A stretch of DNA of 49,724 nt from Priapulus caudatus. Taxonomy: Eukaryota. Below the pieces are notes generated by a model. It made no database searches, was not told the origin of the DNA, and saw only the letters and a program-made list of their open reading frames with translations. Positions 14,901-24,692 of the stretch are shown here, one piece after another. The position numbers and the translations under genes were made by a program. The number at the start of each line of letters is the position of its first letter. Within the stretch, counting starts at the first letter, position 1. The DNA lies in the NCBI RefSeq assembly GCF_000485595.1, contig NW_014577088.1, positions 127,615 through 177,338 on the forward strand, in the 5' to 3' direction.

Positions 14901-17145
14901 TGGAGCATAAATCAAATATTACTATACTGTTGTGTTTGTATGCATGAACTGACTATAAAAACAGAGAAGGTATGTCCACATACACCCACAGCACACATCA
15001 CATTTCATTACATAACAAATACAGCTTGATAGGTGCTGAGGCTAACGCCACAACCGCTTCTTACCTTCTTACTTCTTACAGAGAAGTGCTTGCGACTGGA
15101 AATTGGTTTATAGCAGAGCTCTACTTTTAAAATAGTAGAAACACGAATATGGAATGTGAAGACAGTAAACTAAACAACTCCTATATATATTCTATCAAGA
15201 GCACATAGACTCTAGTTTATATGCTTTTCATTCTATATATTCTGGATATAGTTAATTGGTTTTACCGACGCAAATGCACGGATTTCCAGTGATATTTGCT
15301 AAATTAAACACAGCTCAATATGCTCAGGACAATTATTGCATGAATTCATTACTATAAGTATAACATTTTTTATTACATTACACCTCGATGACCATGCGTT
15401 ACAAATGACACTGCATCCCACCAACTACTGTCATAATATTATGTAATTAATTATAAACCTGCATAACACAGTGGCTTAATATTTATTCATTTATTTCAGT
15501 GCCAGGGTCACTATAAACGACTGAGTATATACGTATGCTTTCTATGTCCATGAGTTATGCTCCGTATTAATGGAAGAGGAAGAAGAACATCAATTTGGAA
15601 ATGCATTTCATTCTGATATTCATACTAGCACACTAGCACCTGCTATTTTTTCGCATGCGCAATTCACCTGGAAATTGCCAATCATGGATGATTCTTTCAG
15701 CAGAAATTTTGCGCTCTACTTCCTCAACCTCTTCTGGGTTCTTACCTCCTACACAACGTTTACTTGTGCTACCTATTCCACCATCCCTTCCTCCATCTTC
15801 TGATCCTCCTCTTCGCCTCCCTCTCCCCTACATACACGTCTGCCATATCTTCTTCCTCTGCCTCTTCTCATCTACTTTATCCACTCCCCTAGCTTGTCCC
15901 ATCCTCTAGTTTGTCTCCTTCTCTAGCTTCTCCCCTCTTACTTTTGGCACCTCATAAAGCTTCTATACACAGCTATACTCTTCTCTCCCTCATATACCAT
16001 GCAGAGTTGGTTTTATACACTGATAGCAGAGACCAACATTACTCTGTTAAAATAAGACATCGACTAATTCGTCCACATTCATTCTTACAAAAATAGAGAA
16101 TTAGTATTAAGTAGTAAATGGTAAATTGGTAATAAAAATAGAGAAAGCCATGCAGACACTATATTCACAATTATCACATTTATTGCTCTTCTAGAAGACG
16201 TTAAAAGTTATATAGGTGATAAAACCATAAAAATGTCCATTAAATAAATAAAAATACTAATGGCGAATTGTGTTAGAATATTGCATTCTTTCTTCCCTTT
16301 CTCTTAAATCAATTAATAATAAATGCCCTAGCTTGCCTGTTATACGCAGTTAAAAAATAGTTGCCAAGAGTACAATATGGGGTGGCAGTTGCCAGTGGCA
16401 CCGCTGGCATTGTATGCAAGCGATCACTGATAGATTTTAAATCATTTTAAAAAACGTTCTTAGTGAATATTAAACCTCAAAATTAAGTATTTAGCATAAT
16501 TTAAACCTGATTTATCTAAAGCCATGAATTCCACCTACATCAACGTTCTTCTTTAAATATAATACAATAGCAAACCTAATAACAACTATATTGGTTTTTA
16601 CCTGTGTGTGATCTTTATGGTCGTATTTTGTTGGACATTTTTAAGCACAATATATTTCACATACTCTGCATTTGGTTTCCAGCTTTGCCATGTCATATCA
16701 CCTTTAATTTCCAAACCTGTTACAAAGAAATCGTTATTTAAATGCAGCTACATATATATACTATACTATTCGATCTATATAGTCAAATATTCTCCTGAAT
16801 AAGATATATGCTGATATCATGAAAGATACAAAAGCTACAAAGTAAATTAAACAGAACACATGTGCCCTGTTATTAAACTACTTGTCACCATCAAAGAAAT
16901 TCGTAGATGGTCAGTTGCAAACTACCAACCCTGACTCAAGAACACTGCATCATATATTATTAGCCTTGAGACGAGGTAAAATGGAAATTTTACGAGCTAT
17001 CGTTTATTAAAATGTGTGTTTTATATAATATGGTCTGAGAACATTGAAGCACCTGAATCTGGCAATACGTACTATGGTAAAGGCTTTGCTTTTCTGAATT
17101 TCTTGTAACCGTTTTCATCTTCTGACCTATTCTCATCATGTTCAT
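1764..17145 (-). CDS. CFAP65: Cilia- and flagella-associated protein 65 (CCDC108), spliced, 5' portion: 21 coding exons, 867 codons, continuing beyond the left edge
   Basis: Exon peptides match recalled human CFAP65 in order, e.g. GPLFVDVMGTYHSENVKPAILQKHHL vs DPLFLDLMGTCHSDSTKPAILKPQHL, PKTKHFCTRFPEPIVLCTGASFTLPVTFRP vs PKTKFFFTVIPQPIFLSPGITLTLPIVFRP, and VTPRRCDIPPLKS vs VTPESCDVPPLKS. All introns are GT-AG and splice phases are compatible across all exons. Confidence 0.93.
2239..2323 (-). CDS. CFAP65: CFAP65 exon 20 (YEWRFDDADPTVLSVEPKSGIIGPNEWQ)
   Basis: catag| acceptor, CAG|gtgggt donor; matches FEWRV...LAVQPSRGLIQPNE. Confidence 0.9.
2458..2597 (-). CDS. CFAP65: CFAP65 exon 19 (VIKLSGS...TYFKPTCIHTTSEQSYSVRNVCKVPL)
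   Basis: ttacag| acceptor, AG|gtgaat donor; matches LYFKPTWVG...FRNPSRLPL. Confidence 0.9.
2761..2899 (-). CDS. CFAP65: CFAP65 exon 18 (MFHVKPCTGLLRDQHQIFVL...LQLRMNDDSRNTQ)
   Basis: ttgcag| acceptor, |gtatga donor. Confidence 0.85.
3114..3282 (-). CDS. CFAP65: CFAP65 exon 17 (HTFLQRSETFLPRFELLP...YDIRQDTP)
   Basis: ttttag| acceptor, GG|gtatgt donor. Confidence 0.85.
3680..3806 (-). CDS. CFAP65: CFAP65 exon 16 (EVQGQFYGAVLECYAFYK...PPWCLTLGVT)
   Basis: ctccag| acceptor, G|gtgagc donor; matches LYTVELEAFAIYK...PSWCLTV. Confidence 0.9.
4196..4281 (-). CDS. CFAP65: CFAP65 exon 15 (PDHAFSVTPRRCDIPPLKSSSFWVTFKP)
   Basis: cgcag| acceptor, CCG|gtactg donor. Confidence 0.9.
4592..4646 (-). CDS. 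CFAP65: CFAP65 exon 14 (GMTVTNHTKSKITCIWMG)
   Basis: tttaag| acceptor, A|gtaagc donor; matches MNHTKGKIMVVW. Confidence 0.85.
4863..4943 (-). CDS. CFAP65: CFAP65 exon 13 (HKEPHVSMDVREMTFGRCTDLACIEPK)
   Basis: ttgtag| acceptor, AAG|gtaaga donor. Confidence 0.85.
5066..5236 (-). CDS. CFAP65: CFAP65 exon 12 (QLDSMLNEG...ELFHDGYFSDLR)
   Basis: tacag| acceptor, AGG|gtattt donor; 57 codons. Confidence 0.8.
5443..5571 (-). CDS. CFAP65: CFAP65 exon 11 (GPLFVDVMGTYHSENVKPAILQKHHL...YSPE)
   Basis: caag| acceptor, GAG|gtataa donor; diagnostic CFAP65 motif. Confidence 0.92.
5877..6026 (-). CDS. CFAP65: CFAP65 exon 10 (FDLDCSESAFSI...FKPSEPIIYYRRLICIVHNQ)
   Basis: ttttcag| acceptor, CAG|gtaaac donor; matches FAIDCLESVF...FQPTHPIICFRRVACLIHHQ. 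Confidence 0.92.
6681..6796. repeat. Inverted repeat / hairpin with ~47-bp arms, possibly a Penelope-like terminus
   Basis: aaacaaagtcaaagtagagaataagggtgtttaaaaagtttaattgac pairs with gtcaattaaactttaaacatccttattctataccttgactttgttt; preceded by (TA)n. Confidence 0.7.
7583..7692 (-). CDS. CFAP65: CFAP65 exon 9 (PEVKLSSDSINFMQVECKASKTLEICNCSDALAYYQ)
   Basis: tctag| acceptor, CAG|gtgagc donor; matches GPAVSL..VNF...IENQSD..AHFQ. Confidence 0.88.
7778..8078 (+). mobile_element. Non-autonomous Helentron/HINE-like element with internal ~29-bp minisatellite
   Basis: 5' end aactagacagagggcactc...cctccacca; 3' palindrome ttacctccttggcggaggtaa. About 4 copies of gctgctgactggacgccctaaggcga at 7860-7990, plus a CA microsatellite. 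Confidence 0.65.
8185..8293 (-). CDS. CFAP65: CFAP65 exon 8 (VTFSPATVGMKYTEYFELQ...KCTGAGK)
   Basis: aatag| acceptor, G|gtaaat donor. Confidence 0.85.
8427..8611 (+). mobile_element. Left end of a hAT-like non-autonomous element, cut by a 10-N gap
   Basis: GC-rich block starting caggggcggcgccacggttttc inside an AT-rich intron; the right TIR is not seen. Confidence 0.4.
8750..8845 (-). CDS. CFAP65: CFAP65 exon 7 (MKKPITLKNCIGSDTASKIFRIEHSDLDSIVS)
   Basis: atccag| acceptor, |gtgagt donor; phase 0-0 fits both neighbours; peptide divergent. Confidence 0.7.
9192..9337 (-). CDS. CFAP65: CFAP65 exon 6 (KFSHHVVSS...VDFHNIPIGDQAVKRVKVENASK)
   Basis: ttacag| acceptor, |gtatgt donor; phase 1 to 0. 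Confidence 0.85.
9344..10582 (+). repeat. Direct duplicate (copy B) of 1-1274; ends at the N gap
   Basis: Collinear near-identity with 1-1274. Confidence 0.95.
10583..11274. other. Assembly gap (692 N)
   Basis: Run of N. Confidence 1.
11275..11425 (+). repeat. Minisatellite (21-bp ccgtatcctcctccgaagcca, then 18/15-bp variants)
   Basis: Direct tandem units abutting the gap; probably continues into it. Confidence 0.9.
13641..13840 (-). CDS. CFAP65: CFAP65 exon 5 (SMPAEFMWDVSLPFNINPAEGVLLP...AVCKYG)
   Basis: ttttag| acceptor, G|gtaagt donor; matches FTWEFSSPFQMLPATGLLEP...ATCWYG. Confidence 0.9.
14454..14584 (-). CDS. CFAP65: CFAP65 exon 4 (KETFTIPLRAVSPQCELVIPAAVDVGFCAL)
   Basis: ttacag| acceptor, AG|gttgac donor; lies within ORF 14438-14674. 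Confidence 0.85.
14757..14895 (-). CDS. CFAP65: CFAP65 exon 3 (VPKTKHFCTRFPEPIVLCTGASFTLPVTFRPEQKDVYEDAINIQTS)
   Basis: ccag| acceptor, |gtaggg donor; strong similarity to CFAP65. Confidence 0.9.
16602..16716 (-). CDS. CFAP65: CFAP65 exon 2 (LEIKGDMTWQSWKPNAEYVKYIVLKNVQ)
   Basis: taacag| acceptor, AG|gtaaaa donor; resembles GIEVAEELHWKGWELGKETTRNLVLKN. Confidence 0.85.
17073..17145 (-). CDS. CFAP65: CFAP65 coding exon 1 (MNMMRIGQKMKTVTRNSEKQSLYH)
   Basis: ATG at 17145 with an in-frame TAA just upstream. The phase-1 donor A|gtacgt fits exon 2. An acceptor tttttttag at 17161-17162 implies an upstream UTR exon. The peptide is poorly conserved. Confidence 0.6.
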
Positions 17146-17212
17146 TATAGACTTTTACACCTAAAAAAAGTTTTGCTTTTTATTAGATAAATGAATGCCA
17201 TTGGAATCTAAC

Positions 17213-17508
17213 GCTGAGAGGGTCTATGTCCCCCAGGGTACTCCCGGAACGTACCCTGGGTACGGTCCGGTATACCGGAACTACCCTGGTACATATCTAA
17301 ATATGCCGGACCCGCTACCTCGCCTACTCACTAAACGAGTCTAGGCGCAGTCGCTACATACGCCTACTGGCCCTTAACCTAACCCTAACCCCATATCAGA
17401 TAGTTACCAGGGTAACGTTCTGCTATATAGGCCGGGGACCGGCTACCCAGGCGCTACGCGTTCCGGCGCGAGTACCCTGGGGGGGGGACATCAGATCCTG
17501 GGTGCAGC
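17213..17508. mobile_element. MITE family A copy (Mutator-like, TIR gctgagagggtctatgtcccccagggtac, internal TAACCC)
   Basis: Homologous to 24276-24528 and 31971-32193; the right end is noisy. Confidence 0.8.
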
Positions 17509-18258
17509 GGTAGTCTAATTGGCTCTGCTCACACATTGACCGATTTAGCCAGGGCGTATGCCGCGACGGTTATAAAAAATTTGCTCTCGGTGAATACGCT
17601 GCGGCGTACGTCGAATAAGTTATGCGGTAGCTTTGTATAAGTTGAAGGCACGCGCGTGAAGCACGTGAAGCAGCGCGCTGGAAGCACGCTGAAGCACGCT
17701 GGAAGCACGGCTGGCAAGCCACGCCCTGCAAGCACGCCTGAAGCACGGATGAAGCACGCTGAAAGCACGCGCGCGTATACGTCGTTTTATACGGCGAGGT
17801 TGTCTAAAAATTTAGGCATGGCCCTTCAAATTTTCCGCACGGGTATGCAGCCGCTCATGCCCATACGGTCCCGCGATACGCGGGCCATAGAGTTGTAAGG
17901 CAAGTTGCCGATCGTTGACACACGTTCGACACACGGTTACTTCGACAAATACGCTCGACGATAATCTGTCTAGCGCTACCCAAAACCCTTATTTCTAACT
18001 TATGAGTAACGTGCCCTTTGAAACCTATGTGTAACTTATCTCCAACGCCATATTGACGTATGCCTAGTACGATTTTACGTGTTCCGGACGACTCACAGAA
18101 CTTACTGAACGTGCTTTTCTAACTGTACACTACCGTATATGGGGCGTATTGCAGGCGTTTGAGGGGAATTGGTAGTATAAAGAGATGGTAATTGGCATGT
18201 TGTTACTAGCGACGTGATGTTGATACTGTGATGCTCGTAGTGCGTTATGATTTGAATC

Positions 18259-21200
18259 GCATTCTAGGGACAACTACCCCTGGACAATTGAACCACCGGC
18301 ACAATTACCCCCCGCGGACAATTACCCACCAGGACAAATTACCCACCCAGGACGATTACCCACCCGCGACAAATTACCCACCAGGACAATTACCGACCAG
18401 CGGACAATTAACCCCCGGACAATTACCACCAGGACAATTACCCACCAGGACAATACCCACCAGCGACAATTACCCGCCAGGGCACAATTACCCACCTAAC
18501 CTTCCATAAGGATAAAAATTCCCCCTGCGCGTAAATTTTTGTCCGCTGCAAACATAATGTATGATCTGGCCAAAAGAGAGAAAATGTCTACCCATTGTGT
18601 CAGGAGAACAGCGCGTCGCATAATGACGGGGGGGGCGCGAGGAGTCGCCCCTACACCTCCCTATAATGACGAAGCTTGTAACTCCAAATGCATCTTGCTC
18701 TTGCGCCATGCTACATTATGTTATGTAACTGGCTTGTAGCGTGTGCTGCGATATGCTGGCATCGGCTTGTTGTGCGTGCGTGTGCTGTCGTACGTGAGTG
18801 GGAAGGTATAGCTGAATTTACAAGAATTATTTTTACAAGTGTTAAATACTTGTGCTGAAGCTGGGGGGGGAAGAGCATGCCCACTCCGAAAAAATTCCTT
18901 TTTATTTGAGTGGCCAAAATGCCGGCTGCAATTTTGACGCATTAATTCTAGGCTGCATCGTATCGTGCATTTTGTGCCTGGAGCCTTATATTTTGTAGGA
19001 TTGATGATATTATCAGCAATTTGACCCACATGACAAATACATTCACTACTTTACTGCAAAAAATATAAACGTACTTAATTAGTCAATTTTCACAGCGTGA
19101 TATATAAATTCTTGTTATAAGCGTCATGTAAGTCTGCCACTTGTGGGAAGTACTGCTATATTTTGCATATGCTACATTCCTTTACTTTCACTTCATGAAT
19201 AGTATATAACAATAATTCTAGGACAGTGCGCGCCCAAAAATGAAAACACATGGTACATGGCTGAATGCTTGTGTAACAGAATAGAATTTCTGAATAAAGT
19301 TTCAAATCATAAACTGAATTGTCTAATATGAGTGTTTTAGAATCATTAGTTTTCACATATTCATCTCTTGAATCGTATACAGATTTTTAGTTTTTATTTG
19401 CATTGCTGATACAGGTAGCTGATATGCCTACATTCTGAAAACACATGCATTATCCATTATATCGCAATACATACATCTAATGATGCCTATTCAATAAATT
19501 CCGAATTTTAACAACGCCTTGAGGGCAGCAGACTCGCCAATTTCAGCGCATCGATAAATCGAACACGCCTTTATGGTAGGATATTGCGAGCCGGAAAGAT
19601 TGCAAAGATGGACTCAGCATCATGCGAGCGACTTAGATGCCGCGCGGCAGCGCACGCTCCGGCGAGTACTCGCCAGCCACTGTCCCGTAGGCCAGAGTAT
19701 TACTAATGTCTACGCCGAAAGTAATTACGATGAGCGCGTGTCGCCGTCGCCTGCTGCTTTCTTATTTACGCGAGTGTGACATTCTACCGCGAATTGCAAT
19801 AGCAGCGCTAATAAATTTAACTTGAAGAATAACAAGAACAACAACTACAAGAGATAAACGCGATGCGGCGACTGGCCAGGCCTGCGCGTGGCCGAGCACG
19901 CCCTTCTAAAATAAATATATGCTTATTCATTAGCCGCTTCACACGGAGCGAAGGAACTCGGCTCGAAAACGACCCGCTGTCGAAAAACGACACGGGGAGC
20001 CGTCGTTGTAGAGAGCCTTCACATTTATGCTATGCCGAAGATGCGAGCTGCAGAAAAAAAATACAATGGCGTCCAAGGCGACAATGCGAATTAAACAAGA
20101 TCAGAGGTCTTTGCTGACTGACTTCAACTATTCTAGTTTACTTTCGCTGTTGTGACGTACTAATTCCAACCCAGTCGGCGCGTTCACACGGCAAAAATGC
20201 AACCAGGACTTCGCGCCGTTGTTCCGACCCGAGTCGTTTTCGTACGAAGAAAACGCTCCGGTCGTGAACGCGTGCGTCCCGGACGCATTTGACACGCGCC
20301 GTCAGTTTTCAGACCGAGTTCCTTCGCTCCGCCGTGAACGGCGCGCTATTGTATTAAGCGAACCCAAAATGCTCTGACTGTACGTGGTGCCATGGTGCTG
20401 CGCCTCACTTCCGCGCTGCTGATGCGCCAGCGCTGAGCCGATACTTGCCCGATATGAACTTCAATAGCGCAGTGTTTCATGTTGTATAAAACATTAACTC
20501 ATTATGCGCACCATGCCGCAGCTTTAACGTTGGCAGCAAGCAAATGCATGATACTTGTACGATACGTGCACACGCACGCCACGGCACGCATGCACGCAAC
20601 GCTGTACGTGCGCCACGCACGCACGAAGCCACGCACGCCACGCACGCCACGTCTTACGTGCCCATGCAGTGCACGCGTCTACCTTGCCACACACACGCAC
20701 GTTATCGCACGCGACGAAACACTATGCCCCACACAGTCTACACAGCGATATACCTGCACACGCCCACAACGAGCACGCACGCTACGAAACGTGTACCTGC
20801 CACACGCGCCACGGCACGCAGCGCACGCACGCGCACGATCATCTGTGAATGTCAACAGACACGCCCTTCGCTCTCTGCCCAACCATGACACATACAAATA
20901 CACGCCTGACCTGCTCTATGACGTCACTGTGCCAAACACGTCTTATATCGGGTGATCGGAAAATGTCGCAAATAAGTCAAAATAGGTCAGCAGTATCAGC
21001 CAAACTGCTTGAAGTTTGCAAATTATGAAAAAAAAATCATGAAGTGAGTCCGTTAGCGATGAATCATCATTACTGTAGCGCGGGCTGGTGTGTAGAGTTG
21101 CGTGGGGGGGCGGGGATAGGAGTAATCCTGGGTGGGCCGTGGCGTAATTGTCCTGGTGGGCCTAATTGTCCGGATGGTAATTGCTCCTGCAGCTGGATAA

Positions 21201-21440
21201 TTGTCCGCGTCGTGGGTAAGTTGTCCGGCGTCGGCGTAGTTGTCCTAAGCTGCGCGTAATTGCCCTCTGCGTAGGTAATTGTCCTAGTGCGGTAATTGAT
21301 CCTGGTGGGTAATTGTCTGGTGGGTAATCTCCTGGTGGGTAAATCGTCGGGTGAGGTAATTAGCTCCTACGTGGGTAATTGTCCGGGGGTGTAATTTGTC
21401 CGGCTGGGTCTAATTGATCAGTGGGTAGTTGTCGGAATAC
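18259..21440. mobile_element. Foldback/Mutator-like element with inverted subterminal tandem arrays
   Basis: (ggacaattacccacca)n at 18268-18500 and its complement (tggtgggtaattgtcc)n at 21120-21435. Flanking direct repeat gatttgaatc (18249-18258) / gatttgaaatc (21441-21451). Confidence 0.7.
19035..20650 (+). repeat. Indel-noisy duplicate of 32320-33790, including a copy of the agccgcgttcacacgg MITE at ~19931-20348
   Basis: Collinear from aatacat(t)cactac/gtttactgcaaaaaatata to the GCAC microsatellite. Confidence 0.9.
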
Positions 21441-21849
21441 GATTTGAAATCATCGAGCGGGCAGCCCTTTTATACTAGGGCCGTAGATCACCTGCATACG
21501 TCTTGGCATTTCTGCTTTCTTTTTTTCGCGCGCTATCCTGCACAACGTATAGACTATCCTTGGGCCATTAAGTTATGTAGAACGCCGGCAACACCCCTAA
21601 GCATTCGTTTGGTATAAGCTAGTATCTTCATAAGTATATCGAAACGCTTCTATATACATTACTAATGCGTTAAGTATACGCTCCAACTCGTTATGAATAC
21701 GCCTATGATATAGCCCCAACTGAAAAAACATCGCATAGTCAGCGTATGCCAGCCGTTTAGCAGAAATTTTTGATACCTCCGGCCATACGCTGTCTAACAA
21801 TCGTCCAATGTGTGACAGGCGCCATAACACTTACAACAATTGTACATAT

Positions 21850-22060
21850 CATGATGTATATCAGCATTTGTGTAACTCTGTTGGGGATGTTGCTGATACT
21901 CTCTACCTTTCAAATTATCATGATAGTTTTTGGATACCCATCTCGCATCTTTACGCTGAATGGCACCAGTTCTGAAGCGTATAGGAGCACCAGCCTGGCG
22001 AAGCATGATATTCTAATATCGCGGCCCCAGAACTAATAAATAATTTCAAATGTTCACTTC
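21850..22060 (-). mobile_element. Degenerate CR1/L2-type LINE ORF2 fragment
   Basis: Frameshifted peptide ILEY.ASP.W...IQRKDARWVSKNY matches the post-RT motif RPILEYASPVW...IQRRAARWV. Confidence 0.6.
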
Positions 22061-22111
22061 AGTTTCTAACTTGAGCGTTTGCCTCCTCGCTTCTACAGTT
22101 CTAGCGCATAA

Positions 22112-23143
22112 AGGCCGCGACGAACACTAGCGGTGATTAAATCGGGCGACTAAATCAGCCGGGGTGAAAAGTCACCTAGTGTGCTCCACTCAGATCGCCG
22201 GGCCATTTAGTTCCCCGCGGCCGATTTAATCACATAGATCAAAACGTGCACATGTACGGTGCACACCGCACGGCAGGCGACGCACGCAGGTTCAGCCGGC
22301 AATGCTCAACGCACGCACCGAGCACGCATATATGGCTGCATACGCACGCTGCCGCACGCACGTATACGTGCACACGCCATGTCCGCAGCCACGCATGTAC
22401 GCACGTGTAAAGTGCACCACGCACAGCACGCACGCACGCGCCGCACGTAGCTTACTTGCACAACGCACGCCACGGCGCGAGGCAGGGTGCTACGTGCCAC
22501 AGCTCACGCCACGCACGCACGCACGTGTTACGTGCACACGCCACACATGCACGCCACGCACGTGTACTGCCGCACACGCACAGCACATGCCACGCACGTC
22601 GTTACGCACGCACGCCACGCCACGTATACGTGCACACACACGATGCAGGCAACGCCCACGCACGGGTATAACATGAACACGCCACGCCACTCACACACGC
22701 CACCGCAGGCACGCACGTGCTACGTTCACACGCACGCACGCGCGCACGTGTACGTGTGAACGTACACATGCGTGCCTGCGTGCGTGTGTGAGTGTGCGCG
22801 TGCGTGCGTGCGTGCGTGTGTGTGCAGGTACACGTGCGTGCGTGCCTGCATGCGTGTGTGTGCACGTATACGTGCGTGCGTGCGTGCGTGTGCACGTTCA
22901 CCTGCATGCATGCGTGCGTGCGTACGTGCCTGCGTGCATGTGCACGTACACGTGCGTGCGTGTGCGCGCACGTGCGTGCATCGCTATTACATGACATGAC
23001 ATACTAAACATGAAACATCGCTATTACGTCAGTATCATTGAACAACTCTGATTGGCTGATGAATTGTACAATCGCGCGACTAAATCGCCGACCCGGACAC
23101 ACTAGTTTAACACCCGATTTAATCGCCTAGTGTGTCCGGCCCT
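22112..23143. mobile_element. Harbinger-like MITE carrying expanded (GCAC)n/(GTGC)n microsatellites
   Basis: Right end ccgatttaatcgcctagtgtgtccggccct is complementary to the noisy left end aggccgcgacgaacactagcggtgattaaatcgg; TAA/TTA-like flanks. Confidence 0.65.
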
Positions 23144-24249
23144 TTAAAGGCACGCCAACAGCGGCAACAATTACTTTCGTTTTATAACCAGGCATAACTG
23201 TATAAATCACAATATCGTGATTGTTGAGGGCCAAATCTTAGTTTAGCACCCAGGATTAGTTTAGCACATCTTATTATTATTATCATTATTTATTAATGGA
23301 TGGTACATTGGTAAAAGATATATCAACATGAGCTTGCAAGTTCCTCACCACCAGTGCAATAAAAAAGTTCTTAATTAAAAGTGCTAACTTAGGAAGTGAC
23401 AAGTGATGACACCAGAGCAGCTAGGTACCCCCTAGTTAAGTTTTTGTACTTTTACTAACACTAAATCACGCACACTATATTATAACATTGTACAAGGCGA
23501 CACTAAATGTAAAAACCATAGCAACTACAGTAAAAACCCGTGTAGTAAAGGCAACTGACATACATATACGAGAACACGCGAATACTAAAACATAAAAACA
23601 ATAACCACACGAGGATGCTAAAACTATTAGTCGATTAAAAGAAAAATTCTACTGAGGAATATTGGAGCATGGCATGTGATGGATTGACTGATATATATGT
23701 GTATAGAAGTTAGAACAATTACAGCGAATAAAATGCAAAGAAGATATATAGACATGTTACAAGGATCAGTCGCAAGAGTGCTACAAGTACAAGTAAACAG
23801 ACATTATGGAAAAAGTCGCGAGAAGAATACAGTAGCAGCCGAGTTGATGATTCATATCGAAACACATCCCAGTCTGTTGCGTGTTGGGTGGGTGGGGTGG
23901 GGTGGGCTGGGGGTGTCAGCGGCACATCGCACATCTGCAACAGAGAGGCCTGTAACCTGACAGATGTTGGAGGGTAGTTGACCACAACCAAGCGCTATAT
24001 GATACCGAAAAGATTATTTGCCATGAGCTATTCTATGGTCGGGAAGAGCAAGAGTTTGTATTTTGAAAGTTGTAAGGGGTGCACCAGTATTTGAAAAGAC
24101 TCTTTATATAGGTTGGGGTTTGCCCATGTAATTTTATTACTATTAGTATTAGCTTTGTACACTTCTGACGCTCTGTAGCAATGGTCTTATTTTAACTCGC
24201 CCCAGTTCTAAGCTAGGAAGATTGGTGTGGGCTAGAAGACCTTCGTAGG

Positions 24250-24692
24250 CATAAAAATAAGTTTATCTCAGTTAGGCTCATATGGTCTATGTCCCCCAGG
24301 GTACTGCCGGAACGTAACCTGGGTACGGTCCGGTATACCGGAACGTACCCTGGTAACTATTTGATATGGTTAGGGTTAGGGTTAGGGTTAGTGTTAGGGT
24401 TAGGGTTAGGGAGTAGGCGTAGGCGACTCCCTAGACTCGTTAGTGGAGTAGGCGAGGTACGGTCCGGCATATTAGACAGGACCAGGGTACGTTCCGGCAG
24501 TACCCTGGGGGACATAGACCCTCTCAGCCTCAGTTAGATCCATAATAAGTTCTAATTACTTACATCGACTGAGGAAGTCTATCGGAGAGATGGACGAAAA
24601 TCTCGTCGTTGTAAGTAATTATAACTTATTATGGATCTAACTGAGATAAACTTATTTTTATGGGAACCGATTCGATGAAATTATTCAACGAT
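24250..24692 (+). mobile_element. Long-hairpin insertion with hammerhead-like core (Penelope-like remnant), 9-bp TSD cttcgtagg
   Basis: ~58-bp inverted arms cataaaaataagtttatctcagttagatccataataag.../...cttattatggatctaactgagataaacttatttttatg. TSD at 24241-24249 and 24693-24701. CTGAGGA-stem-GAAA lies in the loop. Confidence 0.6.
24276..24528. mobile_element. MITE family A (Mutator-like), perfect 9-bp TSD ctcagttag, internal (TTAGGG)n
   Basis: ~45-bp TIRs; TSD at 24267-24275 and 24529-24537; telomere-like tract at 24368-24411. Confidence 0.9.

Larger units (their letters stand above)
17521..21823. mobile_element. Composite TIR element (PIF/Harbinger-like ends) containing nested insertions
   Basis: Left end ggctctgctcacacattgaccgatttagccagggcgtatg matches the reverse complement of the right end catacgctgtctaacaatcgtccaatgtgtgacaggcgcc. 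Confidence 0.6.

Noticed and set aside
15550..15990. Pyrimidine-rich tract (purine-rich on the minus strand) as an acidic coding exon
   Set aside because: Frames are interrupted by stops and exons 2 and 3 already join in frame.
18228..18509. Pro/Gly/Gln repeat ORF and regularly spaced repeats (CRISPR-like appearance)
   Set aside because: Subterminal ~16-bp tandem array of a foldback transposon; no unique spacers, eukaryotic context.
20479..23007. Many His/Ala/Arg/Thr- or Cys/Val-rich ORFs
   Set aside because: Translations of (GCAC)n/(GTGC)n microsatellites.
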